Shown: positions 1 to 9,978 of the stretch, in pieces
Position numbering within the stretch: position 1 is the stretch's first letter
How the letters are laid out: each line of letters opens with the position of its first letter
Assembly: GCA_024231025.1 (NCBI GenBank)
Contig: JAAEQW010000274.1
Span: forward strand, 1,615 to 65,614
Length of the DNA stretch: 64,000 nucleotides
DNA from: Candidatus Omnitrophota bacterium
GTDB lineage: Bacteria > Omnitrophota > Gorgyraeia > Duberdicusellales > 4484-171
Reading direction: 5' to 3'
Program-made: the position numbers and the translations under genes
Notes under the pieces: model-generated
Told to the model about the DNA's origin: nothing
Seen by the model: only the letters and a program-made list of their open reading frames with translations
Databases searched by the model: none

Positions 1-2919
1 CCTGATTGGAACACGCACCATAAATAGATTCTTAACCCGTTCAATCTGATCAGAAGAAGCCCTTCTCTTTTCAAGGTACTCCAACATAAAATTCTCAGCC
101 TTACCCGCTACAGTATCTCGCGTCAATTCAAGATCCAACCCTTCGGCCAAAAGAAGAACCGCCAAATACGCACATGCCAACTCAAGAGAAACCCCATGCT
201 TATTGTCTGCCTCCTGATTATCTTGATCATTAATCGGCAACAACTCTATCTTGGGATTTATCTGATCAATGACTCTATCAATTTGCCCAATAATATCTTC
301 CTCATTCTTTCCTGGAATCACACGTCCTTCCATCTCTTCAATCAGAGCAAAGAATATCCCTGCACGGCGAAATACTGCATACTGATCTTCGGTAGCAAAA
401 TGTATTGGCAAACGAGTATAAGGCACTTGTGGTTGCACCTGTCCTAATGGCAGTTTTAGAAACTCTTGAACATTAGCTTTTTTTGGCGACATACCAAAAA
501 AATCCACAATCTCTGCGTGACTATATCTTGGACAACCAAACCCTTCAGCCATTCGACAGGCAATCCTTTCTAAAGGACTAAACAATCCAGAAATCTCCTT
601 AAATCGCTCTAAGCTAAGCGGCATAAACCTTGAATCGTCATCACCTTCACTTTTTGTTGCTCCAATTTTTTCCGCCATAGAATCGAATACCTCTGCTAAA
701 GCTTGAAACCCAAGGTATGTTAAATTAGCTTCAGATAAGGCAAATTCTTTCGTTTTTTTTAATTGCTCTTTGTCCAAAGCTTTAGCGCTCTCTATCAAAC
801 TGGCAAGGGTTACTGCGCTTGAATATATATTAAGTAATTCGGTAGGAGTCGCTGTAGCTACTAACTTGAATAAATCTGGTCCATGAGAAGGATCTACCAA
901 GCTTGTTAAAGATAGAACTGCTCCTAAATCTGGTTCTACTGCTTTGGCCACAACAGTTTCCGTTATTTGTTTAGGACTACTTTTTTTTGATCGCTTAACC
1001 AACCGGGTGAACTCTCGATCCGCTTCACGAAAAATCTGCCGCTGCAGGATTCGTAATAAGTAATGTCGGCCCTGCGCGGTGGTTGAGTCAATAGATTCAA
1101 GATCATACGCCCAGCTTTCGTTCTGTGCCCGCAGCTTAGTGATTGCATAACTTACATCAATGAATTTGGCTTTATCTCCAACTAAAATTATCAATTCTTG
1201 CTTATCGCAATCAAATTGCATACCAAACTTTATTTCTGATCTCCATAAATAGTGCCCAATCTCATGAACCCGGGCAATAATATTTTTTGCGATCCGAATA
1301 TCGTAAGCAAGCAGCTTAGGACTGCAAGAAATAAACCCACGGTGGTTTCCTAAAGACTCATCGGAATCCTCGTAAAAAGATATTGGCACATTAGATGGAA
1401 AAAGATCAATTATTCCCTGAAGCAAGGATTTGTAGTCAGGAGAAGCAGCATCAACCATTTTTTTTCTTTCTTCTTTAGAAAAATTTGATTTAATTCGCCG
1501 CTCAAGAACTTTTAATTTAACTTTCCCCTTCTTAAATTTACTTCCCTTGGCAGGAGTAACTTCGGCAATAATAAAATGCGAATTTGCTTGTTCAAGATTT
1601 ATTTTCTCAAAATCATTACCAATAAAGTCTGAGCTTGCACTACCCTCTGGATGATCAAGTAAAGATAGAGGACCATTGTTTCCCAAAACCCGCAGATCTA
1701 CTTCGATTACGCCTGCCCCGGGTGCACCGTCATAACCGGGCATTGGTTTAGATGGGGTAGGGATCTGGGTAAAAACGGTTCCTCCGGAGAAGTATTTACG
1801 CCTTATGCGTTTGTTTGTAGGTGCGTTGTGGTCTTTTCTGATGTAGTTGTAGACACCTTTTTTGTAAGCCTGAAGATATTGGTTGTAAATCTTTTCTTTT
1901 ATTTTGGGGTCTGTGCCTTCGATCCCTTTGATTTTGTTTTTATCGAAATATACCTGATCCAATACCAATACTTCCGGGGACACGTACCGTTCTCGGCCTT
2001 CGGCCTGCGCTTCCGGTACATGTCCCCGTGTGTCAACTGAGCGCCGCAGGCGGCGCTTAAACCATGTGGCAAGAATTAAAGAATTGTAGATTTGCCGCAA
2101 ACGGGTAAATTGCTCTCCTTTGTTCACCTCTTCTTCAATTACAGGAAGAATGGTTTCTTTTGCGATTTGGGAAGAAACATTATCGGGCACGGCACGCCGT
2201 GCCCCTACGGGTTGGTTTATGGTCTGATTACGTTGCATAGCAACGTAATCTTCTTCCAACATAACTTTCAACGTCGCCTTACCAACAAACGCTTTGTTTT
2301 TATCCGTATAAATTAATACTTCATCTGGGGATATCCAAACTTTATTGAAAGTGTTAATGGGAATATCAGTAGTTTCGTAGAGATCTTGGGTTTTGGTATA
2401 AATTTTTTGCCAGTATTTTTTACCTAGGTCGCTTTCGGGATAAGTTAAAGAAGCGGACAATTGTTTTAGAATGTAGTCTTCGCCAAGGAGATCTCTTCCA
2501 ACGTCAGTTAAACCTAAATCATTAGGAGCAATCCTGTCTTCTTCGTATGGGGAAAGATTAACCCATAAATCCTCAGAAGGAATAGTAAGACCTGCTAAAA
2601 AATATCTGATCAACCTTTGGCTTTCCTCTTTAAATTCACTATCATTCAACTGGCGATCTCCTTCATCAATAATAAATCTGAATTTAAAAGGATCTTCGGG
2701 ATAAAACTCAATGCCTTGGATAGTTATTGGATGAATATGTTGACTGGTATTAATTAATTCGGTTGGCGCCGACATATAGGACAGGACAGAAGCATAGCCA
2801 ACACTAGCCTGATTTACGTAAATTGCTAACCCAGACAAAATCAGGCTACCGGCAAGAAAGACCCCTAAAGCTTTAAAACCAATACTAGCTTTGCGTTTTT
2901 GCAATAATTTTAAGATCAT
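1..2919 (-). CDS. Giant modular protein, paralog 1 (3' end runs off the window): conserved N-terminal block, HExxH metallopeptidase motif, sigma-70 region-4-like HTH
   Basis: ATG at 2919 gives MILKLLQKRKASIGFKALG...GIEFYPEDPFKFRFIIDEGD, clearly paralogous to 59484..60941. HEIGH at 1252-1266. Missing from the ORF track, consistent with no in-frame stop before the window edge. Confidence 0.88.
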   Translation of the reverse strand, partial: MILKLLQKRKASIGFKALGVFLAGSLILSGLAIYVNQASVGYASVLSYMSAPTELINTSQHIHPITIQGIEFYPEDPFKFRFIIDEGDRQLNDSEFKEESQRLIRYFLAGLTIPSEDLWVNLSPYEEDRIAPNDLGLTDVGRDLLGEDYILKQLSASLTYPESDLGKKYWQKIYTKTQDLYETTDIPINTFNKVWISPDEVLIYTDKNKAFVGKATLKVMLEEDYVAMQRNQTINQPVGARRAVPDNVSSQIAKETILPVIEEEVNKGEQFTRLRQIYNSLILATWFKRRLRRSVDTRGHVPEAQAEGRERYVSPEVLVLDQVYFDKNKIKGIEGTDPKIKEKIYNQYLQAYKKGVYNYIRKDHNAPTNKRIRRKYFSGGTVFTQIPTPSKPMPGYDGAPGAGVIEVDLRVLGNNGPLSLLDHPEGSASSDFIGNDFEKINLEQANSHFIIAEVTPAKGSKFKKGKVKLKVLERRIKSNFSKEERKKMVDAASPDYKSLLQGIIDLFPSNVPISFYEDSDESLGNHRGFISCSPKLLAYDIRIAKNIIARVHEIGHYLWRSEIKFGMQFDCDKQELIILVGDKAKFIDVSYAITKLRAQNESWAYDLESIDSTTAQGRHYLLRILQRQIFREADREFTRLVKRSKKSSPKQITETVVAKAVEPDLGAVLSLTSLVDPSHGPDLFKLVATATPTELLNIYSSAVTLASLIESAKALDKEQLKKTKEFALSEANLTYLGFQALAEVFDSMAEKIGATKSEGDDDSRFMPLSLERFKEISGLFSPLERIACRMAEGFGCPRYSHAEIVDFFGMSPKKANVQEFLKLPLGQVQPQVPYTRLPIHFATEDQYAVFRRAGIFFALIEEMEGRVIPGKNEEDIIGQIDRVIDQINPKIELLPINDQDNQEADNKHGVSLELACAYLAVLLLAEGLDLELTRDTVAGKAENFMLEYLEKRRASSDQIERVKNLFMVRVPIR
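1975..2028. repeat. GGGGACA-type palindromic element translated inside giant gene 1
   Basis: CGGGGACACGTACCG...CGGTACATGTCCCCG with an internal GGCCTTCGGCC hairpin; ends match 55066-55139. Confidence 0.85.
2184..2208 (-). repeat. GTAG-family REP translated inside giant gene 1
   Basis: Minus strand GTAGGGGCACGGCGTGCCGTGCCCG, encoding VGARRAVP. Confidence 0.85.
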
Positions 2920-2970
2920 AATATCCAAAAAGACAAAATCCTCCCGTTACTAAACTGCATATTTTAGCCT

Positions 2971-3002
2971 ACCCTTCGACTCACTAATGCTCGCTCAGGG
3001 TT
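2971..3002. repeat. Short CCCTTCGAC...GCTCAGGG palindromic element upstream of giant gene 1
   Basis: ACCCTTCGACTCACTAATGCTCGCTCAGGGTT resembles a dispersed REP-like repeat type; only one copy in this window. Confidence 0.4.
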
Positions 3003-3032
3003 AATTTTTCCAACCTTACGGCTGCAAAAATT

Positions 3033-3074
3033 AAAAAAACATAGACCTTGCCTCCCCAGGCAAACATCTATGTT
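3033..3074 (-). terminator. Probable intrinsic terminator after the HD-GYP gene
   Basis: AACATAGA..TTGCCT/AGGCAA..TCTATGTT stem running into a T-tract on the minus strand. Confidence 0.55.
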
Positions 3075-3156
3075 CCCTAATATATACCATATAATACGTA
3101 CAGAAACAAGGAAGATTTAGAAGATTAACGAATTAACAAAGCGAGGTTTGACTTTT

Positions 3157-4563
3157 TTACGATATTTGATCGCGTATCTTTTCAAACTCCAAATGATGCT
3201 CCAAGAAAACACGTAAAATACATGGATCAAGCTTTTCGCCCTCTTGCTTAATAATGTCAACTGCTTCCTGATGCCCTAGGGCCTTTCTGTATGAACGCTC
3301 AGAAGTTAGCGCATCATACATATCCGATAAAGCAACTATCCTTGCTGAAAGAGGAATAAGCTCTCCTTTTAGCCCTTCCGGATATCCAGAGCCGTCCCAT
3401 CTCTCATGATGATACAACACAACATCTTCAATTAATTTAAGATATTGATTATCACCCTTATCTCTAAGCAACGGTGTTAGCATTTCTACTCCTAACCTGG
3501 GATGTTGTTTTATTATTTCCCACTCTGCCGGAGTCAATTGATCGGGCTTAAGCAAAATCTCATTTGGTGTTCGCCACTTGCCAACATCATGAAGCATGCT
3601 CGCATAAGATAGATCGCTTATGTACTTGCTATCTATTTCATTCTTAAAAACATCGATTTTACGCAATTGCTCCGCAAGAAAACGAGTATATGCCGCAATT
3701 CTGCGTATATGCCCGGCAGTTTCTACATTTCCCACTGCCTCGGCACGTAGAGCAAAAACCTCCATTATTCCCTGATAAAGCTGCTCTCTTTTTTCCTCTT
3801 CTTCTTTGATTTTAGTAATGTCTAAAAAGGACCCCATTATCCGCACACCGCTACCATCTTCCAGCAATGAAAATAACGCTTGAAGAAAAAAAGTAGTATC
3901 ATCTTTACGCTTACCAACAACCTCACCTAACCAGCTTTTAGACAATTTCAAAGCCTCTAATGTCTTTTTACATTCTTCGGGTTCGTTGAAGAAATTTTGA
4001 ATATTTTTTCCCAAAACCTCTTCTTCGCTATAACCCCAAAATTTTGAGAAAGAAAGGTTACTGTCAATAATAAAGCCTCCTAAGTCAATAATGCAAACTG
4101 CGTTTAGCGATGTTTTGATTGCCATATTTTTGAGAACTTCATCTTTATTTTCGGCAAAGATATTTTCAAGATGCATTTTGTGTTCTAGGGATTCTTTAAT
4201 GGAGTTTTCAATAACATCGGCAGTTAAATCCCCCTTAACTAAGTAATCACTTGCGCCGGCTTTCATCATAAGAACTGCTATCTCTTCATTCCCAGAACCA
4301 GTTACAACGATTATCGGAGCCTTAACCCCTTTTGCCCGTATGTGTTGCAAAATTTCTAAACCTGTAATTTTGCTATGGACACGATAATCTAAAAAAATTA
4401 AATCTATTTCGGAATGTTCATCTAAAAAATCAAGGGAATCCTGCAAGCTCACAACATGATTTACATCAAGTCTGAAATCTTTCATTTTCTCCCCGTAATG
4501 CTTAAAAACCGCAACGAAAAATGGATCGTCTTCAATAGCCAATACTTTAATTGTTTTCTTCAT
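3157..4563 (-). CDS. REC-PAS-HD-GYP cyclic di-GMP phosphodiesterase
   Basis: N-terminal receiver domain, PAS, then HDVGK and HHERWDGSGYP motifs; AGGAGG Shine-Dalgarno upstream. Confidence 0.92.
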   Translation of the reverse strand: MKKTIKVLAIEDDPFFVAVFKHYGEKMKDFRLDVNHVVSLQDSLDFLDEHSEIDLIFLDYRVHSKITGLEILQHIRAKGVKAPIIVVTGSGNEEIAVLMMKAGASDYLVKGDLTADVIENSIKESLEHKMHLENIFAENKDEVLKNMAIKTSLNAVCIIDLGGFIIDSNLSFSKFWGYSEEEVLGKNIQNFFNEPEECKKTLEALKLSKSWLGEVVGKRKDDTTFFLQALFSLLEDGSGVRIMGSFLDITKIKEEEEKREQLYQGIMEVFALRAEAVGNVETAGHIRRIAAYTRFLAEQLRKIDVFKNEIDSKYISDLSYASMLHDVGKWRTPNEILLKPDQLTPAEWEIIKQHPRLGVEMLTPLLRDKGDNQYLKLIEDVVLYHHERWDGSGYPEGLKGELIPLSARIVALSDMYDALTSERSYRKALGHQEAVDIIKQEGEKLDPCILRVFLEHHLEFEKIRDQIS

Positions 4564-4671
4564 AGTTTGTTTTCCTCCTACTAAAATAATACTACTTATG
4601 CGCTAAATCGTCAACCAGCAGCGCATGTTTATCAATACATTTTGATAACAGAAAATAACATTTGCTTTTCT

Positions 4672-4700
4672 TTGACAACCGGTTTTAAAAAATATACAAT
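4672..4700 (+). promoter_or_regulatory. Sigma-70 promoter, probably leaderless transcript
   Basis: TTGACA-17 bp-TACAAT, with the ATG 6 nt after the -10. Confidence 0.65.
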
Positions 4701-4706
4701 AGTTTT

Positions 4707-5267
4707 ATGCAAGCTTGCATAAAAGGAAATCAATTTCTATTAGTTAAAGCTCATATAACAACAGTCTTTGGTAATGATGCTTTTAATAACGTGCTCGAGC
4801 AAATGCCACAGCACTGTGCTGCATCATTTAAAAAAATGATTAACAGCAGCTCATGGGTACCGGAAGAAGCTTTCGTAGAGCTTCTTGCAACAGCTGATAA
4901 AGTGTTGGGTAAGGGCGATTACAAATTATGTGAAGAATTGGGTAGCATTCTAGCAAAAGTAGGAATACCAAAGTTTTATAAAATTTTTATACAGTTCGGT
5001 AACCCCTCTTTTGTAATACAGAGAGCTCCCCGCTTTTGGAAACAACTACACAACACCGGACGCCTAGAAGTAATTGCCACCGCTAAAACATCTGTGATAG
5101 GTCGCTTAGTTGATAAAAGCCACCCCCACAAAGCTTTCTGCGCCAGTTTAATCGGTTACTTTAAGGCTACCCTTGAATTATGCGGAGCAACAAACATTTC
5201 TGTAGAAGAGCTTGAATGCGTTTGTAATGGAAACAGTTGCTGTGAATTCGCAGCTTCTTGGAAATAG
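4707..5267 (+). CDS. V4R/HNOB-like small-ligand-binding protein (DUF2378-like)
   Basis: SSWVP, FCASLIGYF and C-terminal ECVCNGNSCCEF pattern. Confidence 0.6.
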   Translation: MQACIKGNQFLLVKAHITTVFGNDAFNNVLEQMPQHCAASFKKMINSSSWVPEEAFVELLATADKVLGKGDYKLCEELGSILAKVGIPKFYKIFIQFGNPSFVIQRAPRFWKQLHNTGRLEVIATAKTSVIGRLVDKSHPHKAFCASLIGYFKATLELCGATNISVEELECVCNGNSCCEFAASWK

Positions 5268-5270
5268 TTC

Positions 5271-6080
5271 TTACCTTTGATCTCTTTCTACCTTTTCCGT
5301 ATCGATTATAACACAGACCGAACCAAGACCGGTTTCTAATCCTTCGTAGCGAAGCACCTCGTGAGGACTATTAGTTGTACACCAGAAATAGGTTGGCGGC
5401 ACAAGAGCGCTTGTCACTTTAGTTAAAATTCCAAAATCAGGAATAAGCCTAACCTTAATTGCTTCGATTGCGCCACTAGAATGATCCAAAGTTTCAATGC
5501 CTAAATCTTTTACGTTAATCTTGTATAACTTTGGTTCGCTTGAAACCAGATAGTACCGCAGGTGTTCTTTTTTGTCACGATTAGCAATGACCGCCTTTAA
5601 AAAAGGTCCCATCGTAAGATCGTCAACTGTTTTACCCTTTATAGGAAAAATTTTCTTTTTTATGACTTTGCCGTCTTTATTTGTGGCGCTGTAAAATATC
5701 CGCTTTTTGCGATAATCGTAAATCTTTTCATATTTGATGGCAACCGTTCCATCTTCATTCTTAATTGTTTGTGTGCTAAAATTTGGATACAAAAATCCGC
5801 CCCTTTCCACCACTTCAGCAACTGCGTCCCAAGTTACTTGTTTAAATTTTCCATAATCGCCCTTGCCATGTTGATTAATCTGATATATTGGTTGATTATT
5901 GCCGGGTAATTTTTTTATAGAAAAGGTGCGTTCAGAGCGCAGGTGCCCTGATTTTTTAGTAACGCAAATATCTTTGCCGTATTCAAAATCAAGTATAGAT
6001 GCACTTGACGGCTCCTGCGCATTCCCACTGATGGCTGTAGTCATAAAAAAAAGAGCTAAAAAAATCTTTAAGAAATACAT
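5271..6080 (-). CDS. Secreted hypothetical protein (DUF3108-like beta-rich)
   Basis: Signal peptide ending GNA-QE; beta-strand-rich with a GAIEAIKV motif. Confidence 0.55.
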   Translation of the reverse strand: MYFLKIFLALFFMTTAISGNAQEPSSASILDFEYGKDICVTKKSGHLRSERTFSIKKLPGNNQPIYQINQHGKGDYGKFKQVTWDAVAEVVERGGFLYPNFSTQTIKNEDGTVAIKYEKIYDYRKKRIFYSATNKDGKVIKKKIFPIKGKTVDDLTMGPFLKAVIANRDKKEHLRYYLVSSEPKLYKINVKDLGIETLDHSSGAIEAIKVRLIPDFGILTKVTSALVPPTYFWCTTNSPHEVLRYEGLETGLGSVCVIIDTEKVERDQR

Positions 6081-6146
6081 CTTTGCCTCCTATGGCTTAC
6101 GATAAATTAATAAATTTGTTTTAAACCATTAAATTATGCCCGATAT

Positions 6147-6220
6147 TGTAGGGGCGGGCCCGTGTGTCCGCCCGTTATAATTCATTTTGTCCCGGGTCGA
6201 CACATAGGTCGACCCCTACA
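6147..6220. repeat. REPIN: two inverted GTAG-family REPs, intergenic
   Basis: TGTAGGGGCGGGCCCGTGTGTCCGCCCG...CGGGTCGACACATAGGTCGACCCCTACA. Confidence 0.9.
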
Positions 6221-6277
6221 ATGTTTATTATTCCATGGATATGATTTGACATTATTACATAAATATAACCAGAAAGG

Positions 6278-6631
6278 CTACATCTGCCACCAATTGCGAG
6301 TAAACTTCTCGTTAAAGTGTTTCAATATGTACTGGTGTATCTGCTCTTTACCGGAATCGGTATTGGCGGCAAAACAAAAACCGACCTCTTTCATTTCGCC
6401 AACTTCACTCGCCCAAACCACCTTTCCGGTAATTTTAAGATCATCTTCCGGAAGCAGTATCGAGAGCATACCTTCAGCATCAAGGCTCACACTTGAGGAA
6501 GTATCCAACGAAAGTCTGACTCCCCCCATGCTGATATCCTTAATTACACCGGAAAAATCCCCAGAATCTTGACTATTGTACTGCACACAAAAGGGGGCTT
6601 TAAATCGTATAAATTTTCTTTTTTCTTCCAT
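6278..6631 (-). CDS. PilZ-domain c-di-GMP receptor
   Basis: RKFIR (RxxxR) and DISMGG (DxSxxG) motifs. Confidence 0.9.
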   Translation of the reverse strand: MEEKRKFIRFKAPFCVQYNSQDSGDFSGVIKDISMGGVRLSLDTSSSVSLDAEGMLSILLPEDDLKITGKVVWASEVGEMKEVGFCFAANTDSGKEQIHQYILKHFNEKFTRNWWQM

Positions 6632-6737
6632 TTTTTTACCTCACTCATGTTTTTCTGTTATATAAACCTTTTTGGTACTCAAACATAACATATTTCCCAC
6701 TCAAATACAAGGAAAACACTATGTTTTTTGCAGATTT

Positions 6738-7424
6738 CTAGAAAATAGGCAAAATTTGGCGCAAAAACAGACCAATTAAAGAAGCGTAAATGATGTTAAA
6801 AATTAACGAACCAGAATACCCCAGGCGCTTGTTTATTACACGAAAAACAAAAGGAACTGGCAAGAAAATCCATGCAGAAAATAGAACCGACACCGAAAAA
6901 ATAAGCCTTTCGAACATGCCATATTTTATCCGATAAGACTTAAAAAGAACGGGGTTTTTAAAATACGATATCTTAAAAGCCTCCCATAAATACGCTCCTA
7001 GAAATACGGAGACAATCATGCCGGTGCTAAAAATTATCAATGAATCGTTGGCATAAATTTGCGCAATCATCCCCTCAAGCAAAGGGGCCTCATCGGCAAA
7101 TTTAAACAAAAATACCGGCAAAAGGCACGCAACATGAAGGCATTGATCAAGAACGAAAATTACAAAATTCAGTTTTTGATTCAGAAATTTTCTTATTTTC
7201 ATTTCATCCTGAATCAAATGAGTGAGACCGGCAAAAACTAAAACAAACCACATTCCTGGATGCTTAATAAAAGGAAATGAAAACAAAAACAGCGTTGCAA
7301 AGATAATGCATACGTGAATAACCGTCCCCGAAAACCCGCTCTTTTTGATACGATAAACTTCATCGGGTTGCAAAATTGTATCGCCTATGAAATGCGCCAA
7401 TAATAGTCTTAAAAAAAGAAACAT
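6738..7424 (-). CDS. DUF3307 family membrane protein
   Basis: LLAHFIGD..LQ, HLIQD and DQCLH motifs; multiple TM helices. Confidence 0.75.
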   Translation of the reverse strand: MFLFLRLLLAHFIGDTILQPDEVYRIKKSGFSGTVIHVCIIFATLFLFSFPFIKHPGMWFVLVFAGLTHLIQDEMKIRKFLNQKLNFVIFVLDQCLHVACLLPVFLFKFADEAPLLEGMIAQIYANDSLIIFSTGMIVSVFLGAYLWEAFKISYFKNPVLFKSYRIKYGMFERLIFSVSVLFSAWIFLPVPFVFRVINKRLGYSGSLIFNIIYASLIGLFLRQILPIF

Positions 7425-7500
7425 AATTACTTAAAGTATCTCAAACGTAAGCGGCCTTTTATTAATGTTAGCATGTTCACTGCTTAAACACAACCCAATA

Positions 7501-7959
7501 TTATGTAAAAATAATCGCCAAACGAAGAATGATGTTGGCATAAATTCCCGCGATCAGATCATCACCCACAATACCCTTGGCTCCAGGAAATTTTTCAATC
7601 CTATTGGCTGGATAAACCTTAAGCATGTCTAGCATTCTAAAAAGAAAAAATCCAATAATTAAAAATTTGTAGCTATAAGGAATAAACAAAAAGGTAAGCA
7701 ATTGTCCGGCAAAATCATCAACCACTATTTTTTTGCAATCTTTTTCACCCGACAACTCTTCAATCCGCGAAGAAACTAAAAAAGCTAAGGCAATCGTAAC
7801 AACTGTAATCACAAAAAATCCAACATTACTGCGCACAAAATAATAAATAAAAACAGCCACCACACAACCAGCGCTACCCGGCATTAAAGGGGTATAGCCA
7901 ACACCAAAAACCGTTGCTATATAAAAATATATTTTGTCTTTTACGTTAAGTAATTTCAT
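7501..7959 (-). CDS. pgpA: Phosphatidylglycerophosphatase A
   Basis: GYTPLMPGS, IVVDD.AG, FRMLDMLK.YP and DDLIAG motifs. Confidence 0.92.
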   Translation of the reverse strand: MKLLNVKDKIYFYIATVFGVGYTPLMPGSAGCVVAVFIYYFVRSNVGFFVITVVTIALAFLVSSRIEELSGEKDCKKIVVDDFAGQLLTFLFIPYSYKFLIIGFFLFRMLDMLKVYPANRIEKFPGAKGIVGDDLIAGIYANIILRLAIIFT

Positions 7960-7960
7960 A

Positions 7961-8524
7961 TCAAAATGTCCTTATTGTTTTTCTATTAACCCAAAGATAA
8001 TAAATACCCGAAAAAAGAGTAATCCCCACCACATAAAGCATTATAAACGGAATAACTTTAGAATAAAAAAAATAAACAAGATCGTTATGAAAAATTTCCT
8101 GCAAAATAAGCACAATGAAAATAAAAACAACCGCAACAATTTGAGATACTGTTTTATGTTTACCGCAACGTCTTGCCTCCAAAATTATACCACGATTTAA
8201 ACTATATAAACGTAAACTAGTGATTACAAACTCTCTAAGCATAATAACGCTTACCATCCAGGCATTAATCACCTGCAATTGCAAAAAAGCAAGAAAAACA
8301 CCGATCATAAGAATCTTATCGGCCACTGGATCCAAAAGTTTTCCTAAGTCGCTCACTAAATTCAGTTTACGTGCTAAATATCCATCTAGAAAATCAGTTA
8401 TCGACGCAAGAATAAAAATTAGAAAAGCGATCAAAAAACAAATAAGATTATTTCCTAAGATAAACCCGATGCATATAAAGGAAAGAAAAATCCTCCCTAT
8501 TGTAAGTTTATTAGCAATGTTCAC
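7961..8524 (-). CDS. pgsA: CDP-diacylglycerol--glycerol-3-phosphate 3-phosphatidyltransferase
   Basis: DFLDGYLAR...GKLLDPVADK CDP-alcohol phosphotransferase motif. Confidence 0.95.
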   Translation of the reverse strand: MNIANKLTIGRIFLSFICIGFILGNNLICFLIAFLIFILASITDFLDGYLARKLNLVSDLGKLLDPVADKILMIGVFLAFLQLQVINAWMVSVIMLREFVITSLRLYSLNRGIILEARRCGKHKTVSQIVAVVFIFIVLILQEIFHNDLVYFFYSKVIPFIMLYVVGITLFSGIYYLWVNRKTIRTF

Positions 8525-9771
8525 TCCGTAGGGCCTCCTATTAAATCATAGCCATAAACATCAGTTATCCTTGTTTTATGAAAGGTGCCAATTTTAAGAT
8601 CTTTCATTTTTATAAACACTTCCCCATCCACTTCGTAAGCATCATATTGGGTTCTTCCCACAAAAACATCTTTTTCTTTTTCCTCGATTAAAACATCTAT
8701 TTCTTTACCCAAAAACTGGCTATTAACACTGTCTGCAATATTTTGCTGGCAACGCATAATTTCATTATAACGGCGATTTTTGCGCCTATAGTGCACCTGG
8801 TCAGAAAAACTATAGGCTGCAGTACCTTCTTCGCGTGAATATGCAAACGCCCCAAGCCTCTCAAAACGAACATCCTTAATGAATTCAAGCAATTCTTTGA
8901 ATTCGGCCTCCGTTTCTCCAGGAAAACCAACAATAACCGACGTTCGAAGAAAACAATTCGGAATTTTTCTGCGTATTTTACTGATTAAACGCTTAATTTG
9001 CGCTCTGGCTGTGCGTCGATTCATTAACTTTAAAAGTCTATCATTGATATGCTGAATAGGCAAATCAATATATTTGCATATTCTTTTCTCACTAGCGATC
9101 AATTCAATCAAAGAATCCTGCAAATGTTTTGGGTGAGTATAAAGAAGCCTTATCCACGGCATGTCCGCAGTTTTAATAATTTTTTTGAGCAAATCAGTAA
9201 GACCCGCTTTAGCAGACAAATCCTTTCCCCAACTGGTGATATCCTGGCCAATTAGATTAAGCTCTTTTACGCCCTTACCATTAAGTGTTCTTATTTCGTT
9301 AATAATTTCTTGCTGAGGCCTGCTTTTAAGCGAACCTTTTATTATCGGGATAGCGCAATAGCTACAATTATTACGACAACCTTCCGATATTTTTACAAAC
9401 TCCACATGCGATGGAAACAGCTTAATTCTCTTAGATGCTTTCTTTGTAAAGCCTTGCACTCCCTGCCATTGATCTACTTCGGGAAAGGCATCTTGAAGCT
9501 CTTTTTTGTATCTCTGCACCAGGCAACCGAAAACAATTAATCGTTTTATTTTGCCTTGTTTCTTTAGCTTAACTGCATCCCTTATGGCATGCACCGATTC
9601 CTGTTTAGCCTTGTCGATAAATCCACAAGTATTGATGGCCAGCACACCACAAGAGACTGCGTCCTGCTTTATTGCATAGCCTTCTAATGATAATTTTTTT
9701 GCAACAACTTCAGAATCATAGGTGTTTCGGAAACATCCCAAAGAAACTATAGAAAATGTATTTTTTGCCAT
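8521..9771 (-). CDS. rimO: Ribosomal protein S12 methylthiotransferase
   Basis: SLGC..N..DSE, NTCGFI, CRNNCSYC and C-terminal TRAM; start moved to ATG 9771; next to pgsA. Confidence 0.93.
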   Translation of the reverse strand: MAKNTFSIVSLGCFRNTYDSEVVAKKLSLEGYAIKQDAVSCGVLAINTCGFIDKAKQESVHAIRDAVKLKKQGKIKRLIVFGCLVQRYKKELQDAFPEVDQWQGVQGFTKKASKRIKLFPSHVEFVKISEGCRNNCSYCAIPIIKGSLKSRPQQEIINEIRTLNGKGVKELNLIGQDITSWGKDLSAKAGLTDLLKKIIKTADMPWIRLLYTHPKHLQDSLIELIASEKRICKYIDLPIQHINDRLLKLMNRRTARAQIKRLISKIRRKIPNCFLRTSVIVGFPGETEAEFKELLEFIKDVRFERLGAFAYSREEGTAAYSFSDQVHYRRKNRRYNEIMRCQQNIADSVNSQFLGKEIDVLIEEKEKDVFVGRTQYDAYEVDGEVFIKMKDLKIGTFHKTRITDVYGYDLIGGPTE

Positions 9772-9926
9772 TGTTTTTTGTAACTTGTAACTGTCTCTTA
9801 TCAAAAACCTGCTTAAAATCGCACTAAACAACCCGAACCCGTAAAATCCACGTTTGCTTATATTACCATATCAAAAGAAGTATTCCAGTAAAAATTCCGG
9901 GGAAAAAATTGAAATGTTCCATTTGC

Positions 9927-9956
9927 AATAATCTTACAACATGGGATAATGATGAA
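9927..9956 (+). mobile_element. Short remnant of a RAYT 3' end
   Basis: AATAATCTTACAACATGGGATAATGATGAA matches 42780-42809 at 28 of 30 positions. Confidence 0.7.
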
Positions 9957-9978
9957 TAAAATACGGTAGGAGGTATAA

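Noticed and set aside
196-2316. Short ORFs in the first 2.3 kb of the track
   Set aside because: They are shadows of the long minus-strand gene <1..2919.
2920-3156. c-di-GMP or other riboswitch upstream of giant gene 1
   Set aside because: Hairpins are present but I could not match a riboswitch consensus; an Rfam scan would be needed.
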